From: Candidatus Sigynarchaeum calidifontis
GTDB lineage: Archaea; Asgardarchaeota; Lokiarchaeia; Sigyniarchaeales; Sigyniarchaeaceae
Direction: 5' to 3'
Length of the DNA: 19,684 nucleotides
Assembly (NCBI GenBank): GCA_030587475.2
Contig: JAUQYZ020000107.1
Location: forward strand, 1-19,684
Part shown: positions 16,125 to 19,684 of the stretch, in pieces
Numbering within the stretch: the stretch's first letter is position 1
How the letters are laid out: each line of letters opens with the position of its first letter
Translations under genes and position numbers: made by a program
Notes under the pieces: model-generated
Database searches by the model: none
Seen by the model: only the letters and a program-made list of their open reading frames with translations
Told to the model about the DNA's origin: nothing

Positions 16125-17585
16125 ATGCCAGGCAAGAAACTCAACTTCATCATCATCATCTCGGACACGCTCCGGCGGGATTTTGTTTCGTGCTATAACA
16201 CCATGAAAGTGAACGGCAAGCCCGTCGACACGCGCAATATCGCCAGATTCGCCGAAAAATGTGCCGTTTTCGACAACGCGTATTCGGCCAGCTTCCCCAC
16301 CGTTCCTCATCGCCACGACGTGATGGCGGGGACATTTTCGGCGACTTACACGCCATGGGCACCGCTGCCCCCTGGTGAGCCGGTTCTGCAGGTAATGCTC
16401 GGTCAACAAGGTTACACCACGATGATGGTATGCGACGAGCCACATATCCTCGAAAATGGCTTTTTTTATCAACGTGGTTTCGACGCATTCGAGTGGATTC
16501 GTGGCCAGGAGCACGACAGGTGGAAGACATCCCCGAAAGCTCCCCCGTTCAAGTCTGACCCGTCGCTCTATCGCAATCCAGAGGGGCTGCAAAAAACACA
16601 CATGCGGGTTCGCGCCCACTGGCACCACGAGAACGATTACTTCCCTGCCCGCACCGCGTCGTGCGCGTGCGAATGGCTCGAGGAAAACTATAACGAGGGG
16701 CCTTTTTACTTGTACATTGACTTTTTCGACCCGCACGAGCCGTGGGATGCACCCCAGTGGTACGTTGACATGTATGCGGATCCTGGCTTCAAGGGCCGCG
16801 ATGTCGACTACCCGTGCTATACCAAGACTGCCGGGTACCTCACGCCAGAGGAGGTGGAGAACTGTCGCGCTCGCTACGCGGCGGAGGTCACTCTCGTCGA
16901 CCGGTGGGCTGGCCGGATTTTTGACAAGATCGAGGACCTGGGCTTGCTCGACAACACCATGATCATCTTCACGACAGACCACGGCTTCTTGCTTGGCGAG
17001 CACGGATTCATCGGCAAGAGCTTCACGAGTTACCAGGGCCCGGCCCGACACGTCCTCAGGTACATTCCCTTGTTCGAGGAGATCAACCACATCCCGCTAA
17101 TAGTTTATCATCCGGACGTGAAGCCTTGCCGCAAGAAAGCTATCGTCCAGCCGCCGGACTTCGCACCGACGATCATGGACATCGAAGGGCACCCGTTCCT
17201 GGCTTGCCAAGGTTTATCATTTAAAGAAACGCTCCTCGGCGAGAATGATCACCATCGCGACTTCGCCACGAGCTTCCCGTTCCTGGCGGGGCCTGGTATC
17301 CCCGTTTCTGTGGTAAAGGGCGAATGGTCAGCCATCCTGGTCTCGCGCCAACGTGAGCAACAAGGCATGGCAATCATCGACAAGGCGGTCGATGGCCTAG
17401 AGAAAACCCTGGAACCATGGGAGGAGGCTCGCGACATGCTCTTCGACTTGCAAAAAGATCCCCGGCAGCAACATGACGTGTCGGCGCAGCATCCCGATGT
17501 CATGGCCGCCATGAAGAAGGATTTGGTCGGCTTTCTCGGCGAGATGGACGTGGAAAAGGAATTGTTGAACGGCTGGATGGATTGA
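16125..17585 (+). CDS. Sulfatase-fold (alkaline phosphatase superfamily) hydrolase with Thr at the nucleophile position
   Basis: IIIISDTLRRD, FDNAY, signature T-V-P-H-R-x4-A-G, FFDPHEPW, TTDHG, HIPLIV, LFDLQKDP. Confidence 0.88.
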   Translation: MPGKKLNFIIIISDTLRRDFVSCYNTMKVNGKPVDTRNIARFAEKCAVFDNAYSASFPTVPHRHDVMAGTFSATYTPWAPLPPGEPVLQVMLGQQGYTTMMVCDEPHILENGFFYQRGFDAFEWIRGQEHDRWKTSPKAPPFKSDPSLYRNPEGLQKTHMRVRAHWHHENDYFPARTASCACEWLEENYNEGPFYLYIDFFDPHEPWDAPQWYVDMYADPGFKGRDVDYPCYTKTAGYLTPEEVENCRARYAAEVTLVDRWAGRIFDKIEDLGLLDNTMIIFTTDHGFLLGEHGFIGKSFTSYQGPARHVLRYIPLFEEINHIPLIVYHPDVKPCRKKAIVQPPDFAPTIMDIEGHPFLACQGLSFKETLLGENDHHRDFATSFPFLAGPGIPVSVVKGEWSAILVSRQREQQGMAIIDKAVDGLEKTLEPWEEARDMLFDLQKDPRQQHDVSAQHPDVMAAMKKDLVGFLGEMDVEKELLNGWMD

Positions 17586-17639
17586 GGAAGGAAATTATAA
17601 AAAGTTAGAAATCCGGTATAAATTCTTTTTTTAGCTCGT
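17586..17639. terminator. AT-rich convergent intergenic region with oligo-T tracts on both strands
   Basis: T7 at 17626-17632 on the + strand and A5 at 17599-17603 (a T run on the - strand), between two convergent stop codons. Confidence 0.55.
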
Positions 17640-19684
17640 TTAGTCTTTCGGCACGTCAAAGGCCTTGAGCTTGAACACGATAGATTCTTTTGGCAGCTCG
17701 ATCTGGATTTCGGTCGGGTAGTCGTGTGCGATCCGGATGATTTTATCGCCGCCGTACGTGAACTTGTGCGTGCATTTCTTGGGCTTCGCGTCTGACCAGA
17801 GCCACAGCTGGCCTGATGCGTTCTTGAAGTTGAAGCCGTTCACGACGAGCTGGCTGCCTTCCTTCTTGGCCGACGTGATCTCGCTCGTGGCAAGGGCGAC
17901 CGTCACGCCGTCGGTTAGCTTCTTGTTCACGTGCCAGAACAGGCAGGTGCGGGCGATGATCTTGATCCCCTTTACCTCGATCTTGCATGCTGCCGTGCGA
18001 GCAGCATCCTCGAGGGTCACGTCCACGATCTCGTCGCGCTTCCAGAGGTTGCAGATCGCGACGAGGCGCTCGCCACCAGGAGCTTCTTGCTGGATGGCCA
18101 GGACGCCTGGCACGGAAACGAGGGCCTTGGGGGGCGGTACCTTGAGGTCCTTGAACAGGGCCTGGACGAACGCGCGGCCCTCGTTTTCGGGAGGGGGAGC
18201 GAAGCCGAGATGGACTATTTTTCCCTTGCCTACATCAGATGCATACGCGCAGAAACGCCCGTCGGGAAGCGTGGCGATGACTTCCGAGTCGTCCGGGATG
18301 TTTTTAAACGCGAGGGCGAAATCAGCGCTGTCGATCACGTGGCCAAGGGCGGTGATGGTTTGATCGGTCACCTTTGCATCGACCGTGGTGGGCACGAGGG
18401 TTCCCATGGCATCAAGCGGGCCCATCGCAGCGTTCATGGACGGGACCTCGAAGAGCACGACGAGCGTGCCGCCGCCCTTCACGAAGTCCATCAACTTGTT
18501 TAAAGTCGCGCCGTCCATATAGGATGCAAAGAATCCGAACGCCACCTTGTGCCGGGCAAGTTCCTCTGGCGTTGCTAGAGTCAACTCGACCATCTTGGGT
18601 TGATAATGGAGCTGGTTGAGGCAAGAGAGGAACTGGAAAAACGGGCTGCCGATCTCGATGCGGGTCATGTTGTTATAGTTGAGAACGAAGCCGAGGGGCT
18701 CGGTCGGGAGTTTTATACGCTCGTACGGCTGGTAATGGAAGTAAGCGATGTCGTCGTGCACCTTGGACATGGAAAGAAGCGCGGGCGTGTTGTTGGTGCA
18801 GAACGCGAAGAACCGCTGGTAAATGAGAAACCGGTCGCTCTTCTGGCCGCGCTCGCCGATCGCCGCGCCGAAGTCGTAAGTCGTCCCCGTCGGGTCGATC
18901 ACGTTGCCCGGGCCGACCACGTTACCCATCATTCCGTAATGGTCGAACGGGTGCTTGTATCGCTTCTTGAGATCGGTTAGCATCGGCGGGTTTCGGCCGC
19001 CGACGAGCATGTAGAAGCTGAATGCCTTGATGCCGTGGGCAAGCGCGAGGCGCGGTAACATCTGCGCGTCGTTCACGCCGAGGGGTTGCTGGTAGGCTCC
19101 ACCTTGGAACTCCCAGCTCATCGGCATGTATGGCAGCTGGGCATCGAGCATCTCGGCGGACAAGGAGATCTTGAAGTCCTGGAGAAATGTTGCCTCGAGC
19201 GTGCGCGGGTAATAATCATCGCCAACGAGCACGATGCCCGAGCCATCCTTTGCATCGCGCTCCGCGAGGTTCTGTAACATGGCGTTGGCAGGTGCTTCGA
19301 GCGACGGCGTGTTCACGTACATCGGCGACTTGATGCCGAGCTCGCGCAGCATCTTGATGCAGCGAGTGGTGAATTCCTGGATGATACCTTCCTTCGCTTC
19401 CATCCAGTCATTACAGCGGGCGAGGAACTGCTTGCTGTTGCCCTTGGCCTCGGCCTGACGCGGGGGCTCTATCTTGTCGAAAGATGTGAATTTCGTGCCA
19501 TGAGCGGCATTCACGCGCTCGATCGTCTCGTGCTTCCGCTTCAAGAATTCGCGGTAAAAGGCCACGGATGGTTTGTTATAGTCGACCGACCAGAGCCCCT
19601 TGTTGAACCCGAATGAAAGATCGTTGTCTGGTTGCACGAGAATGATGACACCCCGCGGGTGCTCGTGATCCTTGATGATCGGGA
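17640..19684 (-). CDS. GH35/GH42-like glycoside hydrolase (GlmA/beta-galactosidase-type architecture), 5' end outside the window
   Basis: The frame stays open to the right edge (PIIKDHEHPRGVIILVQPDNDL), so the track start at 19637 is not the true start. Nucleophile motif WEFQGG, FYMLVGGRN, TYDFGAAI, followed by a GH42-trimerisation/GATase-like domain (LMDFVKGGGTLV, VGKGKIVHLGF). Confidence 0.82.
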   Translation of the reverse strand, partial: PIIKDHEHPRGVIILVQPDNDLSFGFNKGLWSVDYNKPSVAFYREFLKRKHETIERVNAAHGTKFTSFDKIEPPRQAEAKGNSKQFLARCNDWMEAKEGIIQEFTTRCIKMLRELGIKSPMYVNTPSLEAPANAMLQNLAERDAKDGSGIVLVGDDYYPRTLEATFLQDFKISLSAEMLDAQLPYMPMSWEFQGGAYQQPLGVNDAQMLPRLALAHGIKAFSFYMLVGGRNPPMLTDLKKRYKHPFDHYGMMGNVVGPGNVIDPTGTTYDFGAAIGERGQKSDRFLIYQRFFAFCTNNTPALLSMSKVHDDIAYFHYQPYERIKLPTEPLGFVLNYNNMTRIEIGSPFFQFLSCLNQLHYQPKMVELTLATPEELARHKVAFGFFASYMDGATLNKLMDFVKGGGTLVVLFEVPSMNAAMGPLDAMGTLVPTTVDAKVTDQTITALGHVIDSADFALAFKNIPDDSEVIATLPDGRFCAYASDVGKGKIVHLGFAPPPENEGRAFVQALFKDLKVPPPKALVSVPGVLAIQQEAPGGERLVAICNLWKRDEIVDVTLEDAARTAACKIEVKGIKIIARTCLFWHVNKKLTDGVTVALATSEITSAKKEGSQLVVNGFNFKNASGQLWLWSDAKPKKCTHKFTYGGDKIIRIAHDYPTEIQIELPKESIVFKLKAFDVPKD

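Noticed and set aside
13683-17090. Long antisense ORFs at 13683-14912, 15080-15721 and 16065-17090
   Set aside because: Same shadow-ORF artefact, opposite well-supported genes.
1-19684. Visibly frequent TCGA/GATC/CGATCG words as targets of the MTases
   Set aside because: They can be explained by codon pairs such as ATC/CTC/GTC followed by GAN. I cannot compute enrichment over a codon-aware background.
1-19684. CRISPR array, tRNA/rRNA, or recoding (Sec/Pyl, frameshift)
   Set aside because: Intergenic gaps are short with no repeat-spacer or cloverleaf pattern, and all recognised genes are uninterrupted.

Overview
Gene-dense, GC-rich prokaryotic window with archaeal-style signals: GGTG(A)-type Shine-Dalgarno motifs, TATA-like boxes about 25-30 nt upstream of some start codons, and oligo-T tracts instead of hairpin terminators. 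The gene content is compatible with a sugar-degrading archaeon, possibly Asgard/Lokiarchaeia-like, but this is an inference only. From left to right: (i) a minus-strand operon of unknown function (ribbon-helix-helix protein, internally duplicated coiled-coil protein, membrane protein running off the left edge); (ii) two overlapping amino-DNA methyltransferase genes (gamma-class/TaqI-like and beta-class/Mod-like) with no restriction nuclease; (iii) a carbohydrate cluster (GH35 beta-galactosidase, alpha/beta hydrolase, GH13, GH38); (iv) a convergent endonuclease III; (v) a beta-CASP/RNase J-like nuclease, an HD dGTPase-like protein and a sulfatase-fold enzyme; (vi) a second, 5'-truncated GH35/GH42-like gene. 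The most notable observations are two catalytic-site substitutions read directly from the sequence (Thr instead of Cys/Ser in the sulfatase motif; Asp instead of Glu at the acid/base site of the second GH35-like enzyme), the nuclease-free methyltransferase pair, and the uncharacterised RHH/coiled-coil/membrane operon. I saw no rRNA, tRNA, CRISPR array or transposase.
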